NCBI GenBank assembly: GCA_900545315.1
Contig: UQYM01000003.1
Location: 31,657-95,656, forward strand
Length of the DNA stretch: 64,000 bases
Direction: 5' to 3'
Source of the DNA: an uncultured Alistipes sp.
Lineage (GTDB): Bacteria; Bacteroidota; Bacteroidia; Bacteroidales; Rikenellaceae
Every line of letters starts with the position of its first letter. Position 1 is the stretch's first letter. Position numbers and translations under genes: made by a program. The notes below the pieces were generated by a model that saw only the letters and a list, made by a program, of their open reading frames with translations, was not told the origin of the DNA and ran no database searches. Positions 1 to 10,083 of this stretch are shown piece after piece.

Positions 1-734
1 TCCAACACCGGAAATTTCTTACGGAATTCATTCAGCTTCTCCAAATCAATTTCAGCACTGATTTGACTTTCGACACCGTCTGGACACTCCGCCATCACCT
101 GGCCATACGGATCAAGGATCACTGTTCCGCCCTCATATTCACAGTATGGATCTTTGCCACATCGATTTACTCCGGCTACGTAACACTGATTCTCGATAGC
201 ACGTGCCCGCAACAGCTGACGCCATGCATCCGTTCTGGGTTTCGGCCAGCTGGCTACATAAATGATCATATCATAATCACCCCGATTCCTGGCCCATACC
301 GGGAAACGCAGGTCATAACAAATTTGCAGTAGAATTCTCACCCCCTTGCAAGTGACCACAACACGATTTTCGCCTGGCGTAAATCGCAAATGCTCTCCGC
401 CAAACGTAAAAAGATGTTTTTTATCATAGTGTACTACCGCGCCATCAGGGGTAACAAAATAAAATCGGTTGTAATACCGATCTCCATCCGTCACTGCTAC
501 ACTTCCAGCAATAGCCGCTTGCAATTGAACAGCCTCTTTCTGCATCCACGCCAACGTTTGCGAAGGCAACGTCTCGGCAATACCCTCAGGCTGCGTACAA
601 AATCCCGTCGAAAACATTTCAGGGAATATATAGAGATCTGAACCGGCATTGGTTGAAAGCAGTTGCGCGTTTTTGCGCATATTTGCCTCCGGATCCGCCC
701 AAACAATATTTCGTTGAAACAGCGTAATTTTCAT
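1..734 (-). CDS. Carbon-nitrogen hydrolase family amidohydrolase (nitrilase superfamily, YafV/omega-amidase-like); start codon at 732-734, 3' end truncated by the window edge
   Basis: Minus-strand translation from the ATG at 734 gives MKITLFQRNIVWADPEANMRKNAQLL...ICYDLRFPVWARN...IENQCYVAGVNRCG. This matches the CN-hydrolase catalytic region (Glu, Lys, Cys motif ICYDLRFP). The ORF track misses it because it runs off the window. Confidence 0.8.
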   Translation of the reverse strand, partial: MKITLFQRNIVWADPEANMRKNAQLLSTNAGSDLYIFPEMFSTGFCTQPEGIAETLPSQTLAWMQKEAVQLQAAIAGSVAVTDGDRYYNRFYFVTPDGAVVHYDKKHLFTFGGEHLRFTPGENRVVVTCKGVRILLQICYDLRFPVWARNRGDYDMIIYVASWPKPRTDAWRQLLRARAIENQCYVAGVNRCGKDPYCEYEGGTVILDPYGQVMAECPDGVESQISAEIDLEKLNEFRKKFPVL

Positions 735-1699
735 CTTCTTACAATTATACCGCACCTGAACAAGCGGCAGTTACTTATTTCTCTTTTACTCTACAAGTTA
801 TCAAGCACCACTCTACTAAGCGACAATCTTCGGCATGATATTTTTTCCAAAGTCGCGATATTTAACTTAACTTCTTACATTTTAAGTTCCATCTTCCCCG
901 CAGACATGCAGCGCAACATCTGTACATAAAAAAAGAGACTCCATATCGCAACATGAATTTATATTCATTTGCTTGGGAAAACATGCGAATGGGTCCCGGC
1001 TCAACCGCTATCAATATCCTCTAATAAATCCCAATAAACCCGGCTGTAATCGTATGCACAGTCCTGTCAACCGATAATTAGTTCACTGCTCATTTATTAT
1101 TCGAATCAGTGTCATGATTCACAGGAAGCACGTTTATTCAAAATATCAACCCTTTTATAGCACCTTGGGCAGATTTTCTGAGTCTCAATCTTTTAAACTT
1201 TATATATCCAAATTTACAAAAATAGATTCGCATTTTCAACTATATTGCAATCGGATTTACAACCACGACCGTAACTACCTTAACACCACCCGACAAGTAG
1301 AGAAATCCAAATCAAGCCTTCACCCCATTCGAAATTCATGTCACAGAATAGAAATAAAGGCCAATCGAATAGCGCCCCAAAGTTTTCCTTAACAACCACA
1401 CGAAGGGCTTCATTTTATTTCTAATTAACTTCAATAGGCCATTAGGTCAATACACGTTCCGCACTATGTAGGCCTCCTATTTTTCATCTGGATGGGATGC
1501 AAACATTTCAGTCCAAAGAAGGATCACAACATTAATGCAACTTCGCCATCTTGATCCATTTCACCGTATTTATCCCAACGCTCTTCATCAAATACCAACG
1601 CACCATTTGAATCTGCCAAGAAAAAAAGTATCTTTGCGGATGTTTGTGGTTCAAGGATAGCCACCCTTCGAACTACTTAAAATCAAATCGTACAACACC

Positions 1700-2311
1700 A
1701 TGCTGAAACAACTCTATCATTGGATCTTAAAATGGGCTGACAGCCGTTGGGGAGCTACGGCACTCTTCATTTTAGCATTCGTCGAATCGAGCTTCTTCCC
1801 AATTCCCCCCGACGTCTTACTGATTGCCCTTTGCCTGGGTTGTACAACAAAAGCTTTCCGCTACGCCTTCATCTGCACCCTCGGTTCAGTCTTGGGTGCT
1901 ATGGCTGGCTATGCTATCGGCCACTACGTGTGGCTCACCCCAGACGGTGAATTTACAGCAGTCGCCAACTTCTTCTTCCGGATTATCCCCGGATTTACCC
2001 ACGAAGAGTACGAACACATCAGCGCCATCTACAACCAGTACAACTTCTGGGTGGTCTTCACAGCCGGATTCACCCCGATCCCCTACAAGTTGATCACCAT
2101 CACGGCCGGGGTCTTCAAACTCAACATCCCGATGTTTATCATCGCATCCATCGTTAGTCGCGGACTCCGCTTCTTCCTGTTCGGCTGGCTGATCTGGAAA
2201 TATGGCGCCCCTATCAAAGTATTTATCGACAAATACTTCAATTGGTTGGCCATCGCCTTCACCATTCTGCTTATCGGAAGTTTTGTGGCTGTTAAATACA
2301 TCATTCAATGA
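1700..2311 (+). CDS. DedA/YqaA family (VTT domain) inner-membrane protein
   Basis: 203 aa, multi-TM. The conserved FxxxFFPIPPDVLLIA segment is typical of DedA/SNARE-associated proteins. It overlaps aroE by 4 bp. Confidence 0.75.
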   Translation: MLKQLYHWILKWADSRWGATALFILAFVESSFFPIPPDVLLIALCLGCTTKAFRYAFICTLGSVLGAMAGYAIGHYVWLTPDGEFTAVANFFFRIIPGFTHEEYEHISAIYNQYNFWVVFTAGFTPIPYKLITITAGVFKLNIPMFIIASIVSRGLRFFLFGWLIWKYGAPIKVFIDKYFNWLAIAFTILLIGSFVAVKYIIQ

Positions 2312-3048
2312 AACGATTGTACGGTCTAATCGGTTTCCCATTGGGACACTCATTTTCAGCACGCTATTTTGCGGACAAATTCGCCCGGGAAAATCTGACG
2401 GAGTGCGAATACCGGAATTTTCCGTTGGAGTCGATTCTCGAGTTACCCGCCATGCTGGAAAACAATCCCGAACTGTGCGGCTTCAACGTAACGATTCCCT
2501 ACAAACAGGAGGTCATCCCCTATCTTACCGACCTGGGAGGTGAGGCCCGTGAAATCGGTGCAGTCAACTGCGTCAAAATTACCCCCACGGGCATGTTTGG
2601 TTACAACACTGATGCCTATGGTTTCCAGAAATCGTTGTTGGATCTGATCGGAGATCAGCGTCCCGATGCCCTCATTTTAGGCACGGGGGGGGCCTCAAAA
2701 GCGGTCGCCTACGTACTGAAAAAGGTGGGAATCACCTTCACCTTCGTCTCCCGTCTGAGCGGTGAAAATCGCTTCACCTACTCCGAATTGACCCCGGAGG
2801 TAATGGAGGCGCATAAACTGATTATCAATGCCACTCCACTGGGCACCTTCCCCAAAATAACCGGGTGTCCGGCGATCCCCTACGAAACACTCACTCCAGC
2901 ACATTTCCTGTTCGATTTGGTTTACAATCCCGCCCTCACAGAATTTTTAAGGCGGGGACAAGAACAAGGTGCAGCTATTCGTAACGGTTACGACATGCTG
3001 ATCGGTCAGGCTGAAAAGGCCTGGGAAATTTGGAATACATCGCTGTAA
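2308..3048 (+). CDS. aroE: Shikimate 5-dehydrogenase
   Basis: N-terminus LYGLIGFPLGHSFS, a TGGASKAV NADP-binding glycine motif, and NTDAYGF. Confidence 0.85.
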   Translation: MKRLYGLIGFPLGHSFSARYFADKFARENLTECEYRNFPLESILELPAMLENNPELCGFNVTIPYKQEVIPYLTDLGGEAREIGAVNCVKITPTGMFGYNTDAYGFQKSLLDLIGDQRPDALILGTGGASKAVAYVLKKVGITFTFVSRLSGENRFTYSELTPEVMEAHKLIINATPLGTFPKITGCPAIPYETLTPAHFLFDLVYNPALTEFLRRGQEQGAAIRNGYDMLIGQAEKAWEIWNTSL

Positions 3049-3171
3049 CGAATACACACCCCATAAATTAGAAAGAGCGGATCTGCAGCAGGTTCACTTT
3101 CTAATTAAATCTATTGCACAATCTTGCTTTGCTCAATCGCAGGCTATCTACCACCAAGAGCTTAAAACAAC

Positions 3172-3208
3172 AAGAGGGAGGACTCGAATAGTGAATTTCG
3201 AATCCTCC
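3172..3208 (-). terminator. Hairpin GGGAGGA..TCCTCCC followed by a T-rich tract on the minus strand. Likely terminator of the mmdA biotin-carrier operon.
   Basis: 7-bp GC-rich stem with a 20-nt loop, then TCTTGTTGTTTT on the minus strand, about 35 nt downstream of the carrier-protein stop. Confidence 0.35.
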
Positions 3209-3241
3209 CTCATTGCTTACCGGGAAGCAGACAAACTGCTG

Positions 3242-3559
3242 TTATTCCATCTCGATCATCACGGTGTGACTGTGTACATTGTCACCCTCTTTGACATCGA
3301 TTTTTTTCACTTTACCATCCTGGGTAGCACGGATATTACTATTCATCTTCATCGCCTTGAAAACGAGCAGAATATCTCCTGCCTTTACCTCCTGACCTTC
3401 AGTCACACACACCTTCACAATCGTACCAGGAATATTTGACTTGATATGTTTCGGATTTTCGGGCTGCCAGGGCTTACGTGCCAGGTGCTTCTTCGTAAAA
3501 GTCGTCTTGAAGCTACCGTGCATCGTAGTCAATATGTCATACTGTTTTTCTTCTGCCAT
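3242..3559 (-). CDS. Biotin/lipoyl-attachment domain protein (biotin carboxyl carrier subunit, decarboxylase gamma-type)
   Basis: C-terminal biotinyl domain with the AMKM biotinylation motif (ILLVFKAMKMNSNI). It lies directly downstream of the carboxyltransferase gene. The start may be the internal Met (MHGSF...). Confidence 0.75.
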   Translation of the reverse strand: MAEEKQYDILTTMHGSFKTTFTKKHLARKPWQPENPKHIKSNIPGTIVKVCVTEGQEVKAGDILLVFKAMKMNSNIRATQDGKVKKIDVKEGDNVHSHTVMIEME

Positions 3560-3591
3560 AGCTTAATAAATTTATAGAACCTCACGATCTG

Positions 3592-5136
3592 CTACAAAGG
3601 CACATTACCGTGTTTCTTGCTTGGCTGAGAACGACTCTTGTGTGCAGATACACGCAGTGCATGCTCGATGAACTTACGTGTCTCGGCAGGTGCAATCACC
3701 GAGTCAATGTAACCCTTAGCCGCAGCTACATATGGATTGGCGAACTTGTCTTTGTACTCTTTGATCTTGAGCTGACGCATCTCGGCAGGATTCTCTGCAT
3801 TCATGATCTCCTTGCGGAAGATGATGTTGGCAGCTCCTTCAGGACCCATAACAGCAATCTCTGCATTCGGCCATGCGAATACGAAGTCTGCACGCAAGTG
3901 ACGGGAACCCATAGCGATGTAACCACCACCGTAAGCCTTACGCAACACAACCGTAATCGAAGGCACCGTAGCCTCGCTGTATGCATAGAGCAGTTTCGCA
4001 CCGTGACGGATCACACCGGCATGCTCCTGGTCAATACCCGGCAGGTAACCCGGCAGGTCTTCGAGGGTAACAATCGGAATATTGAAGGCATCGCAGAAAC
4101 GGATGAAACGTGCGGCTTTATCTGAAGAGTCGCAGTCAAGCACACCGGCCATAACCAGCGGCTGGTTGGCAATGAAACCGACAGTCTCGCCGTTCACACG
4201 ACCGAACCCAATTACGATATTGGCTGCGAACATCTCCATCACTTCGAGGAACTCGCTCTCATCAACCAACGCCTTGATCACATCACGTACATCATAAGGT
4301 ACGGTCGGGTCTGACGGAACGATCTGGGTAATATCATACTCTGGCAGCGGTTTAGCCGGAGTGATCTTCTCTGCACGGATCGTGTTGTTAGCCGGAATCA
4401 TCGAGATCAACTTGCGGATCTGAACGAAGCACTCATCCTCGCTGGTTGCATAGAAGTGCGCATTACCGGTCATCTCGCTGTGTACTTTCGCACCGCCGAG
4501 TTCCTCCATCGAGATCTCCTCACCCAAAACGGTCTTAATTACTTCAGGACCAGTGATGAACATCTTCGAAATATTCTCAACTACAAACACGAAGTCAGTC
4601 AGTGCAGGTGAATAAACAGCACCACCGGCACAAGGTCCGAGGATCACCGAAATCTGCGGAATCACACCGCTTGAAAGCGTATTACGGAAGAAGATCTCAC
4701 CGTAACCGGCCAGTGCGTTGACACCCTCCTGGATACGAGCTCCACCCGAGTCGTTAATACCGATCAACGGAATACGCATATTCAATGCATAATCCATGAT
4801 CTTGGTGATCTTGCGTGCATGCATGAAACCGAGCGAACCGCCGGCAACCGTGAAGTCCTGTGCGAAGATGGCAACAGGCTCACCCATAATAGTACCGGTA
4901 CCGATAATTACACCGTCACCCGGCAGCGATTTGTCCTGCATGCCGAAATCACGACCGTCATGCTCAACAAACATATCATACTCCTGGAAAGAGTCAGCAT
5001 CTACCAACGCAATGATACGCTCACGCGCGGTCATTTTACCCATCGCTTTCTGTTTTTCGATGGCTTTGGTTCCGCCTCCGAAACGGATTCGTTCCTTCCG
5101 TTGCTGGAGTTCGAGAACTTTACTATCCTCTGACAT
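3592..5136 (-). CDS. mmdA: Acyl-CoA carboxyltransferase: methylmalonyl-CoA decarboxylase alpha subunit or propionyl-CoA carboxylase beta chain
   Basis: 514 aa. Both carboxyltransferase halves are present (GGGTKAIEKQKAMGKMTARERI; GGARIQEG; VLGPCAGGAVYSPALTDF). Confidence 0.85.
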   Translation of the reverse strand: MSEDSKVLELQQRKERIRFGGGTKAIEKQKAMGKMTARERIIALVDADSFQEYDMFVEHDGRDFGMQDKSLPGDGVIIGTGTIMGEPVAIFAQDFTVAGGSLGFMHARKITKIMDYALNMRIPLIGINDSGGARIQEGVNALAGYGEIFFRNTLSSGVIPQISVILGPCAGGAVYSPALTDFVFVVENISKMFITGPEVIKTVLGEEISMEELGGAKVHSEMTGNAHFYATSEDECFVQIRKLISMIPANNTIRAEKITPAKPLPEYDITQIVPSDPTVPYDVRDVIKALVDESEFLEVMEMFAANIVIGFGRVNGETVGFIANQPLVMAGVLDCDSSDKAARFIRFCDAFNIPIVTLEDLPGYLPGIDQEHAGVIRHGAKLLYAYSEATVPSITVVLRKAYGGGYIAMGSRHLRADFVFAWPNAEIAVMGPEGAANIIFRKEIMNAENPAEMRQLKIKEYKDKFANPYVAAAKGYIDSVIAPAETRKFIEHALRVSAHKSRSQPSKKHGNVPL

Positions 5137-5277
5137 AGAATAAAGTAAATTTTTAGTTAGTACTGTGGTTTTCTCTATTCAACATTAAGGTATTGAGCCA
5201 TTGTAATCAATAACTCAAAGAACAAAAATAGGAATTATTCGCCAAATTATACTATTTCAAAGCCCAAATCGGCCAGT

Positions 5278-6099
5278 TCAGACCATATCTTCCTGATATA
5301 CAAAACAATCCAGAAAATCATTTTGTACGGTGGGACAATCACCTGCAAAAATTCCATAAACGGCCGATCCCGAACCCGACATCGAGGCATACAACGCCCC
5401 CATCGCATACAATTGCTGTTTGATCTGGGCGATCCGCGGATACTGCGGGAAAACGGAACCCTCAAAATCGTTACGGACCAACTCCTTCCAGCATTCAACC
5501 GGTTGCGCCAACTGCTCTGTTAACGCTGTTTCCGGCATGTGTGGTGTAACATGGGCATAAGCCTCTGCCGTACTGACCCCCACATTCGGTTTGACAATCA
5601 CCAGTCGGTAGCCTTTCATCGACAGTTCGATTGGAGAGAGAATCTCCCCTCTACCGGTAGCCAAAGCCGGCCGATCAGCCACAAAAAAGGCCGTATCACT
5701 TCCCAACTCGGCAGCCAAGTACTCCATTGTGGACAGGCTCAATTTCAGATCGAACAATTGGGACAATCCTTTAATGACACACGCGGCATTGGCTGATCCT
5801 CCTCCGAGGCCTGCCCCCATCGGAATATGTTTGTGCAGGTGCATCCTGATATCACCGATCGAATAGTGGCGACGCATCAACTCATAGGCCCGCACGCAGA
5901 GATTTTTCTCCACGGGCCCATCCACTGCAAGTCCGGATGAACTGAACTCGACACCCGGCCGATCGCCCGGAATCATCTCAATGGCATCGCACAACCCCCG
6001 AACCGGAAACATCACTGTCTCGAGATCGTGATATCCGTCTGCACGTTTCCGAATCACATAGAGTCCTATATTAATCTTGCAGCCCGAGAAGAAAATCAT
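5278..6099 (-). CDS. ispE: 4-diphosphocytidyl-2-C-methyl-D-erythritol kinase
   Basis: GHMP kinase motif PMGAGLGGGSANAA. The N-terminus ...KINIGLYVIRKRADGYHDLETV aligns to IspE. I chose the start at internal Met 27 of the track ORF. Confidence 0.85.
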   Translation of the reverse strand: MIFFSGCKINIGLYVIRKRADGYHDLETVMFPVRGLCDAIEMIPGDRPGVEFSSSGLAVDGPVEKNLCVRAYELMRRHYSIGDIRMHLHKHIPMGAGLGGGSANAACVIKGLSQLFDLKLSLSTMEYLAAELGSDTAFFVADRPALATGRGEILSPIELSMKGYRLVIVKPNVGVSTAEAYAHVTPHMPETALTEQLAQPVECWKELVRNDFEGSVFPQYPRIAQIKQQLYAMGALYASMSGSGSAVYGIFAGDCPTVQNDFLDCFVYQEDMV

Positions 6100-6188
6100 A
6101 ACGGTAAATTTGAGGTAAAAATAACAAATAAAAATGAATTTGTATCTTTGCAATATAACCTTCGGGATCAACCCCACATCTGCTCAAA

Positions 6189-7172
6189 ATGATTCTCCGC
6201 ACACAGATCAAACTATCTCCGGCTCCGTTTACCATTGGATACGATTCACAGGGAGTGATCTGCGGATCCTGCTTTTCAGAACGGATTGGGCAACGGTTGG
6301 TAGAGGGCAAGATGCCGGTCAGTCTAAACCCGTATGGCATCCAATTCAACCCGATATCGATTCTCTCCTCGCTGGAAGATCTGCACGCTAACCGCAAGAC
6401 CGATCCCAACGAATTGATCCAACACGAAGGGCGCTGGATCGATTTACGGTGTCACGGCTCTTTTTCAGCATCGACGGCAGACGAATTGATCCGGATGATC
6501 GACACAGCCACCCTTCAAGGACACACATCACTCCAGAAGGCCCGTTTCGCTATTATTACGTGGGGAACAGCTTGGGTATATGAACATAGAGCCACAAGCA
6601 GAGTCGTTGCCAACTGCCACAAACTGCCCCAACAGGATTTCATTCGCAGAAGAGTCTCTGTGGAGGAGATTGTCAGCGCCTGGAGTCTCCCGTTAAGCAG
6701 CTATCTGCAAGACAAGCAGGTTATTTTTACGGTCAGCCCGGTACGTCACCTGCGGGATGGACTGGCCGACAACCAGCTGAGCAAATCAACGCTGATCGTA
6801 GCGGCTCATACCTTAGTCGAACAGTTTGCCAACTGCCACTACTTCCCGGCCTACGAAATCATGATGGATGACCTGCGCGACTACCGCTTTTACGACCGGG
6901 ACATGATACACCCCTCGGATTTAGCCGCCGATTACATCTGGGAACAGTTCTGCAACTGGGTGGTTGCCCCACAAGCCCAGCAAACCATGCAACGCATCAC
7001 GGCACTGCAACAGATGTTGCATCACCGTCCACTCCATCCCGACAGCACTGCCTTCAACACGTTCCTCGCCAAAATAGCCTCCGAAATCGACGTTCTGCAG
7101 AAGAATTATCCCCGTCTCGATTTCGGTCCGGAACAAGAACAATTGCGTCAACTTGCAAACTACAAACCATGA
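6189..7172 (+). CDS. GSCFA family protein
   Basis: Contains the eponymous VICGSCFSERIG motif. 327 aa, typical length. Confidence 0.8.
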   Translation: MILRTQIKLSPAPFTIGYDSQGVICGSCFSERIGQRLVEGKMPVSLNPYGIQFNPISILSSLEDLHANRKTDPNELIQHEGRWIDLRCHGSFSASTADELIRMIDTATLQGHTSLQKARFAIITWGTAWVYEHRATSRVVANCHKLPQQDFIRRRVSVEEIVSAWSLPLSSYLQDKQVIFTVSPVRHLRDGLADNQLSKSTLIVAAHTLVEQFANCHYFPAYEIMMDDLRDYRFYDRDMIHPSDLAADYIWEQFCNWVVAPQAQQTMQRITALQQMLHHRPLHPDSTAFNTFLAKIASEIDVLQKNYPRLDFGPEQEQLRQLANYKP

Positions 7173-7765
7173 GCCGACACAAACATAGACCGCTTACCTG
7201 CCCCCGCTGCGGTGCGGAGGTGAAGATCCCGCTCTTTTGGGCAATCGGCATCGAAGGAATCTTTCGATGCCCCAACTGCCGCATGCCCTTCAAAACCGGC
7301 TACAAAATGGGAGCAATCTTCATGGCGTTGGCGCTGACTTTGGCTGTGACCACGGTACAACTGCTGGTTTATCTGTTCAGCATCTACTCGATGGTACTGT
7401 TCGTTTTGGCCCTGATTCCGCTCTGGCTGTTCTATGGGTACCATTTCCGCAAACCCTTTATGCTCCATAAAGCGAAACGCTACGCAGCCAAACACCCCAT
7501 CGAAGAGGAGCTCAATCCAGACGAAGAGACCGCTCCCAAACGCTCTTTGCCCAAAGATGTAGCCTTTGATGACAACACCTCTACTTCCTCAGTGTCCGGT
7601 TCGGCACAGTCCGCAGCTACCGTAACAGCTACCGATTCAAATCTCAACGGCAATCCCGACCGCAACGGATTCGCCCCAGCTGCATCGACGGTGCAAAACA
7701 GTCGGAACACCGAAGATATCGCCCCGAAATTCGGCGCCGGTCAAGATCAGGACTATCGCTTCTAA
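7169..7765 (+). CDS. Hypothetical membrane protein with an N-terminal zinc-ribbon (CPRCG...CPNC) and an acidic/Ser-Thr-rich tail
   Basis: 4-bp ATGA overlap with the GSCFA gene. CxxC-x17-CxxC, then two TM helices, then a low-complexity tail. Confidence 0.55.
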   Translation: MSRHKHRPLTCPRCGAEVKIPLFWAIGIEGIFRCPNCRMPFKTGYKMGAIFMALALTLAVTTVQLLVYLFSIYSMVLFVLALIPLWLFYGYHFRKPFMLHKAKRYAAKHPIEEELNPDEETAPKRSLPKDVAFDDNTSTSSVSGSAQSAATVTATDSNLNGNPDRNGFAPAASTVQNSRNTEDIAPKFGAGQDQDYRF

Positions 7766-7976
7766 TCCATCTTTAAGCGGCTACCTTCTCGATCCTTCCA
7801 AAATCAACAAAACTTCGAAAAACATTTTTCGGACCAACATACAAATTTCCGGAGCAGAATGAATCAAGTGGATTCTGCTCCGGAAACTATTTTATCACAA
7901 CTTTTGTTACCTTTGTGACTTGCAAAGCGTGAGCCCTATCAAAAAGGCCACAACACCAAACATTGAAGATTCTCTC

Positions 7977-9617
7977 ATGAAATCAAACATTCTGTCAACC
8001 ATACTGTTGGCACTGTTTTGTACCGGCACTGCCTCTGCTCAGCAGCCTACCAAACCCAAACTGGTGATCAATATCGTGATCAGCCAAATGCGAGCCGACT
8101 ATCTGGACCGTTTCGGAGACAACTTTTCGTCAGACGGATTCCGCCGTTTCATCAACCACGGCGTCTATTACACCAACGCCCACTACGATTACATGCAGAC
8201 CAATACTGCAGCGGGCCTGGCGACCCTCACCACCGGAACCAACCCCTCCGGACACGGAGTTGTCTCGGAAAACTGGATCGACTTTACCACCGGCAAACAG
8301 ATCAACCTGATCGCCGATTCTAAAGTAACCGGTCTGGAGTGCGATGCAGGAATCGGCTGCTACTCCCCGGCCAATCTGACCGTTGCCACTCTCGGGGACC
8401 GTCTCAAGGAGTTTGACAGCCAATCCAAGGTGATCTCGATTGCCGCCACACCGGTATCGGCCATTGTCGGAGGTGGTTACAGCGCTGACACCTACTGGTT
8501 GGATGCCGGTCGGGGCCACTGGATCTCCAGCACCTACTATTTCAAACAGCTGCCCCGCTGGGTCACCGCCTACAATGCACAAAACGTTTTCGAACAATAC
8601 ATGAATCGCAGCTGGGATCCGAGTAAAGCTGAAACCGCCTACAAAAACAGCGAACGAACCGTCATCGACTTTACACCGGAAAAACAGGGATTCTTCTCCA
8701 AACCCTTCTTCCGCAAAATCGGTTCACTGTTCAAAAAAGAGGACTACTCATTCAATGCAGCGGCCCTGCTCTACACTCCGTACGGCAACACACTCACCTC
8801 GCAATTTGCCCGTGAAGCAATCATCCAGGAGAAGCTGGGACGTGACGATCACACCGATCTGCTGACTATCGTGTACGATTCACCCCGACTGATCGGTGAG
8901 CAATTCGGTCCCCGCTCAATGGAGGTGGAAGACACCTACTATAAACTCGATACGGAGTTGAGTATGTTTGCCGATTTTCTGGCTGCCCAGTTCAAAAACG
9001 GAGAGGTGGTTGTCGTACTCACCTCGGACCACGGCACCAGTGACACCTTCAAGGAGGATGGTCGGATTCCCATGGGTCGTTTTAATGTCGAGCAGTTCAA
9101 GATGATCATGAACGGCTTCCTGAGTGCCCAGTTCGAACCGGCCAACTGGATTATCGACTACCATGATCGCCAACTCTACCTGAACAGGTCGATTATCTAC
9201 TCTTATGGTTTCAATCTGGCCGAAGTGCAGACCCGTGCAGCGATATTTGCCCTCCAGTTCCGGGGTGTGAGTGATGCTCTGAGCTCAACCAGCATGCAAA
9301 ACGGCTACTTCGGAGGAGGGGTCGGACAAAAAATGCAAAACAGCTTCTACCCCAAACGTTCCGGTGATATTGTCATCAACCTGATGCCCGGCTGGATCGA
9401 AGAGGACAGCACCAAAGTCTCAACCAGCGGCTCACTTTACGATTATGATACCCATGTACCGTTGATTTTCTACGGAACATCACTACCGGTGGAACGGGTT
9501 TACCGCAACGTTTCGATGACTGACGTAGCACCGACTTTGGCCCGAATCATGCAGATTACCGTTCCCAATGCGGCAACCGGTACGGTGCTGACCGAGGTCA
9601 TTCCGGACCAACACTAA
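7977..9617 (+). CDS. Secreted alkaline phosphatase superfamily protein (type I phosphodiesterase / nucleotide pyrophosphatase-like)
   Basis: Signal peptide MKSNILSTILLALFCTGTASAQ. DSQ/TSDHG metal-site-like motifs (VVLTSDHGTSD). I chose the start at Met 20 of the track ORF. Confidence 0.7.
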   Translation: MKSNILSTILLALFCTGTASAQQPTKPKLVINIVISQMRADYLDRFGDNFSSDGFRRFINHGVYYTNAHYDYMQTNTAAGLATLTTGTNPSGHGVVSENWIDFTTGKQINLIADSKVTGLECDAGIGCYSPANLTVATLGDRLKEFDSQSKVISIAATPVSAIVGGGYSADTYWLDAGRGHWISSTYYFKQLPRWVTAYNAQNVFEQYMNRSWDPSKAETAYKNSERTVIDFTPEKQGFFSKPFFRKIGSLFKKEDYSFNAAALLYTPYGNTLTSQFAREAIIQEKLGRDDHTDLLTIVYDSPRLIGEQFGPRSMEVEDTYYKLDTELSMFADFLAAQFKNGEVVVVLTSDHGTSDTFKEDGRIPMGRFNVEQFKMIMNGFLSAQFEPANWIIDYHDRQLYLNRSIIYSYGFNLAEVQTRAAIFALQFRGVSDALSSTSMQNGYFGGGVGQKMQNSFYPKRSGDIVINLMPGWIEEDSTKVSTSGSLYDYDTHVPLIFYGTSLPVERVYRNVSMTDVAPTLARIMQITVPNAATGTVLTEVIPDQH

Positions 9618-9632
9618 AACACATCTTGCGGA

Positions 9633-9944
9633 ATGAGATGGATACGTAACATAAGCATTGGCTTACTCCTGCTCGGTGTCGCACTCGATTGCTCGGCACA
9701 ACAATCAAGCTACGATATCCGTTTAAAGGAGGCTAAGGGATATGCGCTATGTGCGTGTCTTGCCTGCATGAATCGATCTGTTGATAGTCTCTCCGTCATC
9801 AACAACGATTATTCGGGCAGCTATTTCGTACAACTGAGCCAACTGACACTCGACGAGATGGTCAAAATTCGGAAGTTTGTAAGTCGGGAGTGCATAAAGT
9901 TTTGGGGCACTTCTCAAGACCCGAAAGGCAACATGATCGGATAG
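9633..9944 (+). CDS. Hypothetical small secreted Cys-containing protein
   Basis: 103 aa with an N-terminal signal peptide (LLLLGVALDCSAQ). No recognisable domain. Confidence 0.4.
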   Translation: MRWIRNISIGLLLLGVALDCSAQQSSYDIRLKEAKGYALCACLACMNRSVDSLSVINNDYSGSYFVQLSQLTLDEMVKIRKFVSRECIKFWGTSQDPKGNMIG

Positions 9945-10083
9945 TCGGTCTGGAAATTCTACGAATCCCCTGAATTGGACCGTTTCATCCGGCAAACCAT
10001 AAAACCCCAAAAAGACGAAAAACAGTAGTAGGATTCAAAGTCCTATATCCATAACACTCTGTTAAAGTTAAAAGACAAAGACA

